A DNA stretch of 64,000 nucleotides from NCBI GenBank assembly GCA_045630845.1, contig JAZQTP010000045.1:16526-80525 (forward strand), in the 5' to 3' direction. This DNA comes from Anaerotignum sp. (GTDB lineage: Bacteria > Bacillota > Clostridia > Lachnospirales > Anaerotignaceae). Made by a program: the position numbers and the translations under genes. Position 1 is the stretch's first letter. The number at the start of each line of letters is the position of its first letter. This document shows positions 47,804 through 57,769 of this stretch, in pieces. The notes beneath the pieces are model-generated. The model had not been told where the DNA came from and did not search any database. It worked only from the letters and a program-made list of their open reading frames with translations.

Positions 47804-50644
47804 GTGGTTGTTATTACAAATAAAAGAAATGAACGAGATATATTTATAATTCCGACAAATTTTCTTAATGAAGGTTTGATTTTTGGCGGTATGTTAAAAC
47901 TAAGAAATGCAATAGAGGCTGTTGTTTTGGTAATAGGAATTACGATCCCAATACTGAAAATAACAGCCCTTTCTTTTACAGGAAAGACCATAGCATTATG
48001 CCTGACAGCATTGCCAATCGGCATTTTTGCTCTGATCGGTATTGGAGGAGAAAGCCTGACCGCATTTCTGATGAATTTCTTCCGTTTTTTTCGAAACAGA
48101 AAAGTGCGTTATCGTACTGATGCCATTCCAAAAGAGGAAAAGGTAAGAATATCTATCCTGCAGGCAGACGGGGAATGGCCGGAGGAATACGGAGAAGAAA
48201 AGCTAAAGAAGAAAAGAAAGGAGAAAAAGCGGAAATTAAATGAGCCGTTCCCCGTTGAGAAAATCGAGAACGGCATCTGTTATCTGAGAGATAAACGGTA
48301 TATCAAAATCATTGAAGTAGAACCCATCAACTTCCTTTTGCGTTCTGCGAGGGAGCAGAGAAACATTATTTACTCCTATATGTCCTATCTGAAGATCAGT
48401 CCTGTACGGATGCAGATCAAGGTGATTTCCAAAAAGGCTGATATTTCGAGCCATCTGGATAAGATACAGGAGGAAATCAAAAAGGAACAGGATGAGAGAT
48501 GTAAGATCCTGCTGATGGACTATTATAATTTGATTCGTCGTATCGGGCTGAAAGAAGCCGTAACACGGCGTTTTTTTATTGTCTTTGAGTATGAGCCTAT
48601 CCCCGGCGGCAGTAAGAAAAATGAGGAAAAGGATGCGGTCAATCAGTTGGAGATTGCAGAAAGAACGGCAAGGACATATCTCATGCAGTGCGGTAACAAT
48701 GTGGTCGAGCATGAGGATGCCAATGCGTTTATGGCAGAGGTCTTATATATGCTTTTGAATCGGAAGACCAGCACAGAGATTTCCTTTTCTGAAAGAGCTG
48801 CTGCAGAAGTCGGGAAGCATATGGCGGAAGGGGATGCCAATTTTATTCCCATATCCGCATTTATCATGCCGGAAGAGATGGATTTCAGAAAAGCAGGCTA
48901 CAGCATTATCGACGGTCTATACTACTCATATTTTATGATACCCTCTGACGGGTATAAAACACAGGTAACAGCAGGATGGCTTTCCTTACTGGTCAACGCA
49001 GGGGAAGGCATTGATGTAGATATCTTTCTGAGTAAGGAACCGAAGGAAAAAGTACAGTTCCAGTTAGGCAGACAGATCCGTATCAATCGCTCCAAAATGA
49101 AGGAAACGTCGGATACCAATACGGATTTTGATGACATTGATTCTGCAGTTCGGTCCGGGTATTACCTGAAGGATGGACTGGCGAATAACCAGGACTTTTA
49201 CTACATCAACACCCTTATCACCATTACGGCAGATAGTCCCGAAGAACTGGAATGGCGTACCAATGAGATGAAAAAACTGATGTTATCTCAGGATCTGCTA
49301 CTGAAGCCCTGTTATTTCCGTCAGGACTTAGCCTTTGCGTCGGTTCTGCCGTTGAATAAGCTCCACAAGAGCATATATGAACTAAGTAGGCGAAATGCTT
49401 TAACTACAGGTGCAGCGAGCTGCTATCCTTATGTCAGTTTTGAAATGAGTGATGATAACGGTATCCTGCTGGGGGTCAATAAGTACAATAACTCACTTAT
49501 CATCGTGGATATCTTCAATTCCAAGATATATAAGAATGCCAATATGGTACTGCTTGGAACTTCTGGCGCTGGGAAGACTTTTACCATGCAGCTGATGGCA
49601 CTGAGACTTAGAGAAAAGAATATCCAAACCTTTATTCTGGCACCTCTGAAAGGGCATGAGTTCCGTAGAGCCTGTCATAACATTGGTGGAGAGTTTATTC
49701 AGATATCGCCTGCGTCCAAAAACTGCATTAATATCATGGAAATCAGAAAAACAGACCGTACAGCGAGTATGCAGTTGGATGGAGATGCTAATGAACGTTC
49801 TGAATTATCAGCAAAGATTCAGCGTCTTCATATCTTCTTTTCACTATTGATACCAGATATGACTCATGAGGAACGGCAGCTTTTGGATGAGGCGATGATT
49901 AAGACATACACTGAAAAAGGTATCACCCACCAGAATGAGTCCTTATATGAGCCTACAGGTGCTTATAAACCTATGCCGATATTAGGGGATCTTCATAAAG
50001 TTCTGATAGAAAATATTGAAACGAAGCGAATGGCTAATATTTTAAACCGTTTAGTCAATGGCTCTGCCAGTACTTTCAACCAACAGACAAATGTAAAACT
50101 GGATAATAAGTACATCGTTCTGGATATTTCAGAACTGACAGGTGACCTTCTGACAGTTGGGATGTTTCTTGCGTTGGATTATGTCTGGGATAAAGCGAAA
50201 GAGGATAGAACGCAGGAAAAAGCCATCTTTATCGATGAAGTTTGGCAGCTCATAGGTGCATCCAGTAACCGATTGGCTGCAGAGTTTGTACTGGAAATCT
50301 TCAAAATCATTCGTGGTTATGGCGGTGCTGCCATCTGTGCCACACAGGATATCAATGACTTTTTGGCATTGGACGACGGGAAATATGGCAAGGGCATCAT
50401 CAATAACAGTAAGACGAAAATCGTACTGAATTTGGAGGATGAAGAAGCGCAGAGAGTGCAGAGCATCTTGAATCTAAGTGATACAGAAATTATGAATATC
50501 ACACACTTTGCTCGCGGGAATGGCTTAATTCTCACCAATAACAATAATGTTACAGTGGAGTTTAAGGCATCACAGCTGGAAACGGAAATGATCACGACCG
50601 ACAGAGAACAGTTGAAAGAGATTATACGCAATAAAAACGCATAG
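47804..50644 (+). CDS. VirB4-family conjugation ATPase fused to an N-terminal VirB3/PrgI-like two-TM segment
   Basis: Walker A LLGTSGAGKT and Walker B IFIDEVWQL. The N-terminal 110 aa carry two hydrophobic helices (AIEAVVLVIGITIPILKI and IALCLTALPIGIFALIGIG). The start codon is ambiguous: a GTG overlapping the RBS, or an ATT at 47813. Confidence 0.85.
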   Translation: MVVITNKRNERDIFIIPTNFLNEGLIFGGMLKLRNAIEAVVLVIGITIPILKITALSFTGKTIALCLTALPIGIFALIGIGGESLTAFLMNFFRFFRNRKVRYRTDAIPKEEKVRISILQADGEWPEEYGEEKLKKKRKEKKRKLNEPFPVEKIENGICYLRDKRYIKIIEVEPINFLLRSAREQRNIIYSYMSYLKISPVRMQIKVISKKADISSHLDKIQEEIKKEQDERCKILLMDYYNLIRRIGLKEAVTRRFFIVFEYEPIPGGSKKNEEKDAVNQLEIAERTARTYLMQCGNNVVEHEDANAFMAEVLYMLLNRKTSTEISFSERAAAEVGKHMAEGDANFIPISAFIMPEEMDFRKAGYSIIDGLYYSYFMIPSDGYKTQVTAGWLSLLVNAGEGIDVDIFLSKEPKEKVQFQLGRQIRINRSKMKETSDTNTDFDDIDSAVRSGYYLKDGLANNQDFYYINTLITITADSPEELEWRTNEMKKLMLSQDLLLKPCYFRQDLAFASVLPLNKLHKSIYELSRRNALTTGAASCYPYVSFEMSDDNGILLGVNKYNNSLIIVDIFNSKIYKNANMVLLGTSGAGKTFTMQLMALRLREKNIQTFILAPLKGHEFRRACHNIGGEFIQISPASKNCINIMEIRKTDRTASMQLDGDANERSELSAKIQRLHIFFSLLIPDMTHEERQLLDEAMIKTYTEKGITHQNESLYEPTGAYKPMPILGDLHKVLIENIETKRMANILNRLVNGSASTFNQQTNVKLDNKYIVLDISELTGDLLTVGMFLALDYVWDKAKEDRTQEKAIFIDEVWQLIGASSNRLAAEFVLEIFKIIRGYGGAAICATQDINDFLALDDGKYGKGIINNSKTKIVLNLEDEEAQRVQSILNLSDTEIMNITHFARGNGLILTNNNNVTVEFKASQLETEMITTDREQLKEIIRNKNA

Positions 50645-50723
50645 TGTACGCACGGGCGAAAATTTTGGCCGAATAACAGGCGGAAAAAGAAGGGTATACG
50701 CATATTGGGCGTACGGATTACGC

Positions 50724-51260
50724 ATGAGAAAGAAGGGATTGCTGATGGTCGATATGAAAAATCAGAGTTTTACTTTGGAGGAAAAAATATTTGAACTGGT
50801 GTCTGAATATGGCGCCTTAAAAGCAGAGCAGGTCAAGCGATATTTTGATATTGACGAGGAAAAACTGGAAAAAATGGCTGTAAGGCTTATGAAAAAAGGA
50901 AGAATGAAGTATGACAGGAAAAATGGTTATCTTAGGATGCTTACCCAGAAGGAATATGATGATAACCTTATCAGAAGTTTCTGGCTTGTCATTGATCTGA
51001 AAGAACCGGTTGAATATCATGGTGCCGGTAAATATCCCTTATATATTGCTATGTATGCAGATGGAAAGGCATACGAGATCTATTGTTGTAAAAAGGGTGA
51101 TGAATTTACCCTGAACCATGTGGTCAGTATGCTGAAGGAACAGGCTGATGGAAAGGTGTTGATCGTAATAGAAGATATGGAGCAGATGCAGCAGTTAAAC
51201 CTTGGAAACTGTACATATTGTATGGTGGATGAAGATGGGCAGGTGAAGTATTTTGAGTGA
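50724..51260 (+). CDS. hypothetical ICE protein with an N-terminal winged-helix-like segment (178 aa)
   Basis: Co-directional ORF. An alternative start at 50745 follows GAAGGGA. No catalytic motif. Confidence 0.5.
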   Translation: MRKKGLLMVDMKNQSFTLEEKIFELVSEYGALKAEQVKRYFDIDEEKLEKMAVRLMKKGRMKYDRKNGYLRMLTQKEYDDNLIRSFWLVIDLKEPVEYHGAGKYPLYIAMYADGKAYEIYCCKKGDEFTLNHVVSMLKEQADGKVLIVIEDMEQMQQLNLGNCTYCMVDEDGQVKYFE

Positions 51261-51891
51261 TGTTTTGTTTTATCAGCAGTTGGATCGTTTAAAATATGAT
51301 GTATCCCGGCTGCAAAATACGATTACGGACTATGAACTTACTGATTCTTCGAAGTATCCGGAAAATTTCGAGAAAGTTGGATTGGATGTAGCAATGCAGG
51401 CAGAAGCAGTAGCGTGCACTACAAGGAGCATTGTCAGTAGTTTTATGACGAATGGCAGAACACAGTTGATCCATGATGTTGCGAAAATGCAGGGTATCAG
51501 GATAGAGGAAAATAAGCTGGGTTACGAAATCATCATGCCTTCTTTGATGAAAAAAAGAAGTGGGAAACATAGTGTGATGTTTTTACTGGAACCGCTATCC
51601 TATGCATTGAAGCGTTTTGCAAATACGCATTCTATTGATCGTATGAGTCATGCGGTAATCTGGTTTATTTATGAATATGCGGAAGATGTGCCTATGTGTC
51701 AAATTCGGGATTATGACAATATCGAAGCAAAAGAGGTCCTGGATTTGATCAATACCCATTTTCTTGTGGATGACGGAGGACGATATTGTGAACTGCATTA
51801 CAGCATAAAACGAGGCAAAAGGAACCGAACAAGGGTCGTAATCAGTGAGGACATAGGTCTATTTCTGTGTTCAGAATCAGAAAAAATTTGA
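51253..51891 (+). CDS. hypothetical ICE protein (212 aa) with a possible RusA-like acidic motif
   Basis: IRDYDNIEAKEVLDLINTHFLVDDGG loosely resembles the D-x-D-N...K...D...DD core of RusA resolvases. This is tentative. TTG start overlapping the upstream stop. Confidence 0.45.
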   Translation: MSDVLFYQQLDRLKYDVSRLQNTITDYELTDSSKYPENFEKVGLDVAMQAEAVACTTRSIVSSFMTNGRTQLIHDVAKMQGIRIEENKLGYEIIMPSLMKKRSGKHSVMFLLEPLSYALKRFANTHSIDRMSHAVIWFIYEYAEDVPMCQIRDYDNIEAKEVLDLINTHFLVDDGGRYCELHYSIKRGKRNRTRVVISEDIGLFLCSESEKI

Positions 51892-52056
51892 CATAGGTTT
51901 TGGGTATATGGCAAAAAGTGCTTCCAGTCGTTGATTTTACTGGATTTTTATCATGTGAAAATGTCGAGTTTTTACCATAGTCTAGGAGGCTATGGTAAAT
52001 TGTGTGTTTGGGGGAGGTGAGGATATATTATTTCTAAAGATTCGCAGGCGTATCGA

Positions 52057-53115
52057 GTGTTGTCTTTGATTGGAATGTCAGGAGAATGCTCAGGGGAAGC
52101 ATTGTCTCTTTTGCTGCCGCAGGAGAGTTATAAGAAAAGGGTAATAAAAAAGCTGATGATGGATAATCTGATTACGAAAAGGCAAAAAGATGGTGTGGTC
52201 GGTTATCGGCTGATGTATAACAGTAAAAAATATTTATTGCAGACTTCAGAGGATTCGTTATCTTTTTATCTGGCAGAAGGTGCGGATTTTTCTATGCGGA
52301 AATCAACGCCGACACAAAGGATGCGGCAGCATCGAATTTCGGAGACCATTGTAATGATGGAGAAAGCAGGAATCGTGCTGGATAGGGCGATAAAACCTCC
52401 GCTATTTGAAGAAAAACCATTGCAGACTGACGAGTATTCGCAGTCTTTTTTTTATCATCCAAAGGAAGTGAAGGCACAGTCTGACCTGACAAGGAAAATC
52501 ATCAGTTCCAGAATGACAGGTGTATGGCTTACCCCTTCCGCAGTCTGGCTTTGCTATAATATTGGCTCCCAATTGCCGAATTGGTTTGAAAATGTAGAGG
52601 ACAGGGCAGAAGCCTTGATCCGTTCTATGCTGCGGGAAAAAGATATCCCATTTGATGATGCCGGTGCGTTGTTGTTTGGGAGAAGTATGGAATGGGCGAA
52701 GGAATGCTTAAATGACCCCAAGACAGTGAGATACATCCTAAATTCCTCGTTCAATCAGTTCTGCTATGTACCGCTGAATGAAAAAGGGATATTGTATCTG
52801 CAATTATTGAATAAAAACGATGCTTTTACCTGTTTGCAGTCTATCCTTGCAGAAGATTTGCAGGCTGATTCGCGTGACCGTTGGATCAGTCATGACGGGT
52901 ATAACCCTGATGGACTGCCAACTTTGGTCTGTATAGACTGTGACCTGAAGCGGTTGATACGATTTATCACCCAGCTTCGGTATCAAGGACTGAAGGGTGA
53001 GGTCATCTGCTTTGATTTCCAGAAGGAGGGGATACAAGAATATTGTGAAGAAAAAGCGAAAATTTCAACTGTCGATCTGGAAACCGTCCGAAGAAAGTTC
53101 CTTTCCAGAACATAG
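52057..53115 (+). CDS. replication-relaxation (Replic_Relax)-like protein, candidate relaxase/DNA-processing protein
   Basis: An N-terminal winged-helix pattern (...YRVLSLIGMSGECSGEALSLLL...RVIKKLMMDNLITKR) sits directly upstream of the coupling protein. The frame is open from 52021, with a GGGGAGG RBS at 52011-52017, so the true start is probably upstream of the ORF-track GTG (see findings). Confidence 0.5.
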   Translation: MLSLIGMSGECSGEALSLLLPQESYKKRVIKKLMMDNLITKRQKDGVVGYRLMYNSKKYLLQTSEDSLSFYLAEGADFSMRKSTPTQRMRQHRISETIVMMEKAGIVLDRAIKPPLFEEKPLQTDEYSQSFFYHPKEVKAQSDLTRKIISSRMTGVWLTPSAVWLCYNIGSQLPNWFENVEDRAEALIRSMLREKDIPFDDAGALLFGRSMEWAKECLNDPKTVRYILNSSFNQFCYVPLNEKGILYLQLLNKNDAFTCLQSILAEDLQADSRDRWISHDGYNPDGLPTLVCIDCDLKRLIRFITQLRYQGLKGEVICFDFQKEGIQEYCEEKAKISTVDLETVRRKFLSRT

Positions 53116-53119
53116 TAGT

Positions 53120-54976
53120 ATGATCAAAACAGTAGTGCTGCTGTTGATCGCAGTCGTTCCGATCCTGTATATCAGTGGACTACTGGCACAGCTTCTGGCG
53201 AATTATCATAGCTGGCAGGCAGCCGGCGGTATGCTTGGCGATGGCACATCACCAAAACTTCCGCAGACAGGCTTTTTTCATTGCTTGTTTGCAGTCTTTT
53301 CCATTTACGGTTTAAAAGCTTTCATTGGTATCTCCGGTGCAGTCGGTATTATGTTTCTGATGGTATGGGTCAGAGATCTGGAAGATGGCAGATATTATGA
53401 CAAAGACCGAAACTTCAAGTACTCGAAAAAAGGTATATACGGCACAGCAAAGTTCTTATCCGTAAAAGAAATGCGTGAGTTTCTGGATGTGACAACCATA
53501 GAGGAAACAACGGGAACGATTTTAGGCTCTCGATGGCGGAAAGTTATCAGTATCCCGGAAGATATCTTTATGAATAAGCATATCGCGGTATATGGTGCTT
53601 CCGGAAGTATGAAATCAAGGGCCTTTGTAAGAAACATGATCTTTCAGGCAGTGGCCAGAGGGGAATGTATCGTGGTAACTGACCCCAAAAGTGAACTGTT
53701 CGAAGATATGTCCCTTTATCTGGAGGCGAATGGATATGCTGTGCGGGTCTTTAATCTGGTGCATCCGGAATGCAGTGACCGCTGGAACTGTTTGAGTATG
53801 GTCCATGGGGATGAGATCAACGCACAGGTATGTGTGGAGATCATCTTTACCAATACTGGTGATGTGGTAGATGCCAGCTTTTGGAGCAGGGGTGAAACAA
53901 ATCTGCTGAAGGCATTGATTTTGTATGTGGATCTGGAAAGAAAAACAGAAGACCGAAACATGGGTGCTGTTTATGAAATGATCCTGGAACGGACGGAACA
54001 GGACCTGGAAAATCTATTTGGTGTTCTGCCGAAATGGCATCCGGCGAAAAAGCCTTACAGTATTTACCGAAAATCCGATGCAAAAGTGCGGTCAGATATG
54101 ATGGCAGGTCTTGGGACAAGGCTGCAGGTTTTCCAAAGCCAGAAGATATGTGATGTCACAGCGGCAGACGATTTTGTTTTCTCGAGAGTTGGATGGGAAA
54201 AATGTGCCTATTTCGTGATTATGAGCGATCAGGACGGGACCTTCCGGTTTCTATCCTCTTTGTTTTTCTCGTCCCTTTTCATTGAGTCGGTGCGTTCTGC
54301 CGATGATAAAACGGAAGAGAGGACATTGCCGATCGGTGTGAATTTTATTCTGGATGAGTTTACGCAAATTGGGAGAATACCGGATTTCAATATGAAGATA
54401 TCAACGGTAAGAAGCAGGAACATCCGTATTTCGATTATTTTCCAAAGTATCCCACAGCTGGAGAATCGTTACCCGAAGAATGAATGGATCGAAATTCTGG
54501 GGAACTGCGATACGCAGATCGCCCTTGGCTGCAATGATACATTCACTGCTGAATTTATTTCTGATCGTAGTGGTGTTACTACGGTAGAGGCGGCCAATGA
54601 ATCAAGGAATCTAAGTACTTGGCGGTTCAGCGATCATACACCGGAGCATAAGGAAACGAAGTCAGAACATCCAAGAAATCTTATAGACCCCAGTGAGGTC
54701 ATGCGGATCCCGATGAATCAGGCATTGGTCATCCTTAGAACGAAAAATGTGTTTAAGGTCAAGAAGTTCGATTATACCAAGCATCCTGAAAGTAAAAAAC
54801 TGAAGAAACGGAAAGCGACGAAGTATATACCGGAGTGGCGGAAAAGTCAAGGGAAAATGGAAAATGTGGTAAAAAACGCAAAAAATGTGGTAAAAACCGT
54901 AATACCGCAGGAAGAAAAGAAGAAAGAATTCGTTGAAATATCAAAATTTGAACTGATGAGTAAGGAGGAGGAATAA
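53120..54976 (+). CDS. VirD4/TraG-type type IV coupling protein
   Basis: Two N-terminal TM helices, Walker A VYGASGSMKS and Walker B NFILDEFTQIG. ATG at 53120, 5 nt after the upstream stop. Confidence 0.85.
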   Translation: MIKTVVLLLIAVVPILYISGLLAQLLANYHSWQAAGGMLGDGTSPKLPQTGFFHCLFAVFSIYGLKAFIGISGAVGIMFLMVWVRDLEDGRYYDKDRNFKYSKKGIYGTAKFLSVKEMREFLDVTTIEETTGTILGSRWRKVISIPEDIFMNKHIAVYGASGSMKSRAFVRNMIFQAVARGECIVVTDPKSELFEDMSLYLEANGYAVRVFNLVHPECSDRWNCLSMVHGDEINAQVCVEIIFTNTGDVVDASFWSRGETNLLKALILYVDLERKTEDRNMGAVYEMILERTEQDLENLFGVLPKWHPAKKPYSIYRKSDAKVRSDMMAGLGTRLQVFQSQKICDVTAADDFVFSRVGWEKCAYFVIMSDQDGTFRFLSSLFFSSLFIESVRSADDKTEERTLPIGVNFILDEFTQIGRIPDFNMKISTVRSRNIRISIIFQSIPQLENRYPKNEWIEILGNCDTQIALGCNDTFTAEFISDRSGVTTVEAANESRNLSTWRFSDHTPEHKETKSEHPRNLIDPSEVMRIPMNQALVILRTKNVFKVKKFDYTKHPESKKLKKRKATKYIPEWRKSQGKMENVVKNAKNVVKTVIPQEEKKKEFVEISKFELMSKEEE

Positions 54977-54977
54977 T

Positions 54978-55916
54978 ATGGCAACAGAATTTGATAAGAA
55001 CTGGGAATCAATGCAGCCGATACTGACGATTGATGCAGGTGACAGTATCGAATCGTCTGAGAAGTGGGAGGATGTTGTCTGGCACGAACTGCAGAATGCC
55101 TATCACACAAAGCGTGTTCTTTCGGCATCATTGGGCGGTTATGAAGCTACCGAAGGCGGTGGGGTCGTTGTTGCTTATTATAAAGAGCACCGTATTGTTA
55201 TCCCAATGAAAGAAATGGCATTGAATCTGGTGGAACAGAAAGCATACGGTGAGCTGGACAAACGACAGATCCGTATCGTAAACAGTATGCTTGATTGCGA
55301 GATCGATTTCGCGATCATTGCACTGGATAATGAAGAACGCAGCGTAGTTGCCAGCCGCAGGCTTGCCATGAAAGCAAAGCGAAAGAAATTTTATTTCGCT
55401 GATATAGATGGAAAACCCCGTATCAATGTTAAGGATACTGTGCAGGCACGTGTGATCGCAGTCGGGGAAAAAGCCATTCGATTGGATGTTTTTGGCGCAG
55501 AATGCTCCGTAACTGCAAAAGATCTGTCCTGGGAATGGCTGGGCGATGCCAGAGAACGCTATACCGTAGGTGAAAGGATTCTGGTAGTAGTAACATCTAT
55601 CGAACCGGATGAAGAAACGCTGGATGTTAAAGTAACAGCAGAGGTAAAAAGCCTTTTGAAGAATAACCTTCTTGAGAAGATGAAAGAAGCGAAGATACAG
55701 GGCAGTTATGCCGGAAAAATCACAGATATACATAAAGGTGTTATTTTCATTCGTTTGGATATGGGGGTCAATGCTATAGCCCATTCCTGCAAAGACCATA
55801 GAATGCCGGGGAAAGGTGATAGAGTGACATTTACAGTAACACACCATGATGAGGAAAATGCCGTTGCAGTAGGCATCATCAACCGCATCATTCGACAGAA
55901 TGTACGAGGATGGTAA
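54978..55916 (+). CDS. hypothetical ICE protein with S1/OB-like repeats (312 aa)
   Basis: VQARVIAVGEKAIRLDVFGAECSV and YAGKITDIHKGVIFIRLDMGVNAIAH look like S1-domain strands. AAGGAGGAGG RBS. Confidence 0.5.
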   Translation: MATEFDKNWESMQPILTIDAGDSIESSEKWEDVVWHELQNAYHTKRVLSASLGGYEATEGGGVVVAYYKEHRIVIPMKEMALNLVEQKAYGELDKRQIRIVNSMLDCEIDFAIIALDNEERSVVASRRLAMKAKRKKFYFADIDGKPRINVKDTVQARVIAVGEKAIRLDVFGAECSVTAKDLSWEWLGDARERYTVGERILVVVTSIEPDEETLDVKVTAEVKSLLKNNLLEKMKEAKIQGSYAGKITDIHKGVIFIRLDMGVNAIAHSCKDHRMPGKGDRVTFTVTHHDEENAVAVGIINRIIRQNVRGW

Positions 55917-56581
55917 TTATGAGAAGCAGGCTATATTATGCCATTGGCTGTTTTATCCTGTCTGTGGTTTTGTTGTTTATCGCGGTACCCGTTCTAACGC
56001 ATCGGCTATATCCCAAAATACAGGCTGTTAAAGTCATCCGACCCATGGATAAAGGGGAACAGCTGACAAGAGAAGATATTGCACCCATTGAGATCGGTGT
56101 TTTGGAACTGCCGAAAGGGATAGAACTGACAGCAGAGGATGTGCTCGGCAGATACGCAGCAGTGGAACTGGTTAAGGATGATGTGCTGTTTTCTGATAAA
56201 CTGTCCCAGCTTCCGTTAGATGGCGATTTGCCCAAAAATATCCTGCCGGAAGGTAATATTTCACAGCTGATCACAATGAAAATGATCACAGGCAGCGAAT
56301 ATCCCGTTCCGCAGACAGGGGATGTGGTAAAACTGAATGGATTTCAGGGTAAACTCATTGATATTCCACAGCTCCAGTTTGTTCGGGTGTTATCTGTCAT
56401 TCTGCCGGAGGAAGATTCGGAAAATGTCACAGTAACGGTATCTCTGAACGAGGAGCAACAGAAGTATATTCGCCGGCATAAAGAGGATGTATTCTATACC
56501 TCGGTCATTGTACGTAGCAACGAGGAACTGGCAGAGAAGTTACTGGCAGAACAGAAGTTATATTTTGAGGAGGGGAATTGA
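55910..56581 (+). CDS. CpaB/RcpC-like SAF-domain protein
   Basis: N-terminal TM helix, then VKVIRPMDKGEQLTREDIAPIEI...LGRYAAVELVKDDVLFSDKL, the SAF-domain pattern of Flp-pilus assembly protein CpaB. Confidence 0.6.
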   Translation: MVIMRSRLYYAIGCFILSVVLLFIAVPVLTHRLYPKIQAVKVIRPMDKGEQLTREDIAPIEIGVLELPKGIELTAEDVLGRYAAVELVKDDVLFSDKLSQLPLDGDLPKNILPEGNISQLITMKMITGSEYPVPQTGDVVKLNGFQGKLIDIPQLQFVRVLSVILPEEDSENVTVTVSLNEEQQKYIRRHKEDVFYTSVIVRSNEELAEKLLAEQKLYFEEGN

Positions 56582-57303
56582 TGGCAAAGCATATCTTTAT
56601 ATTTGGCAGCCCCGGAAGTGGGAAAAGTATTTTTTGCACTGCCCTTGCGAAAGCAGGGATGAAACAGAAGAAACGTATCATGATCGTATGTGCAGACCGT
56701 ATTATACCGATGATGCCGTTCTTTGGCGGCAGCGAAGAAATATTGGGTCTTGGGGCATTATGTGTAAAGGATATCACATCCAAAACGCTTGCGCAGGCGG
56801 TAAAAGTCATTAAAAAATACCCTGATATTGGAATTCTGGGGATGAATTTTGAAGATGATCCAAGCTCCATTACCCGTCAGAAATATGAGCAGATCTTTCA
56901 TCTGTTGGACAGTATCGTTGATGTTGTGATTTGGGATGGCAATGCAAATTTGTATGATCCGATGCATCTGGCAGTCAGTCATAAAGCGACTTTGCAAATA
57001 TGTATTTTGACAGCGGATGTAAAAGGGATACTTTATTTTGAGAATTATAGGCACATAATTCGGGATAAGGGAAAATGTATTCTGCTGGAAGGCATGGCAA
57101 AGCCATATACAGCCTATGAAGAAATGTCGGCACTCATTGGCGGTTTCGATGGCAGGTTGAACTACAGCAGGGAAGTGGAACGAGTCTGTCTGGAGGGTGA
57201 AATTTTTTCTGTTGATGATGTCTGCCATAAAGAGTACAGGGAATTGACCGAGCGGCTGATAAAAAAGATAATGCAGGGAGAGGAGGTAACTTTTGATTCG
57301 TAA
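56581..57303 (+). CDS. P-loop ATPase (ParA/MinD/CpaE-like)
   Basis: Deviant Walker A IFGSPGSGKS near the N-terminus. It follows the CpaB-like gene as CpaE does in Tad loci. ATG at 56581 after GAGGAGGGG. Confidence 0.55.
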   Translation: MAKHIFIFGSPGSGKSIFCTALAKAGMKQKKRIMIVCADRIIPMMPFFGGSEEILGLGALCVKDITSKTLAQAVKVIKKYPDIGILGMNFEDDPSSITRQKYEQIFHLLDSIVDVVIWDGNANLYDPMHLAVSHKATLQICILTADVKGILYFENYRHIIRDKGKCILLEGMAKPYTAYEEMSALIGGFDGRLNYSREVERVCLEGEIFSVDDVCHKEYRELTERLIKKIMQGEEVTFDS

Positions 57304-57769
57304 GAAAGGTCATCAGACATTGCGGGATGAAATAGAAAAATTGAAAAAAGATACTGAAAAGAAGAAAACGAAGGGAAAAAGAAAGTTTTTGATTAAACTG
57401 ATTTTTTCTCTTCTTTTTTTGTCAGCAGGATATTTTTTAGATTTTCTGATCTATGCAGTCTATGGATTATTAGCAGCAGAGATGATGCAATGCCTGTTGG
57501 CTCGACGAAGATTTCATAAGAATAAAGAGCAGCATAAAGCACAGAAACAGATGGAACTACAGATCCGAACTGCATCAGAAACTATCCTGATCGGGTATCT
57601 CGTGATGGTAGGGATGGTGATTTCGGTCTATGGCAGTGTGCATTATATCTTGAAAATATCTATGATCAGATTTCCTGTTTGGGATTGGCTGCAGTATGGA
57701 CTTCTGCTGTTTCTGTTGTTTGAAGTGATATTGCTCCGGTACTATAAAAAAATTGATAGAAAGGTTTGA
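57293..57769 (+). CDS. hypothetical membrane protein (158 aa)
   Basis: Lys-rich N-terminus and then four hydrophobic helices. TTG start overlapping the upstream gene. Confidence 0.45.
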   Translation: MIRKKGHQTLRDEIEKLKKDTEKKKTKGKRKFLIKLIFSLLFLSAGYFLDFLIYAVYGLLAAEMMQCLLARRRFHKNKEQHKAQKQMELQIRTASETILIGYLVMVGMVISVYGSVHYILKISMIRFPVWDWLQYGLLLFLLFEVILLRYYKKIDRKV

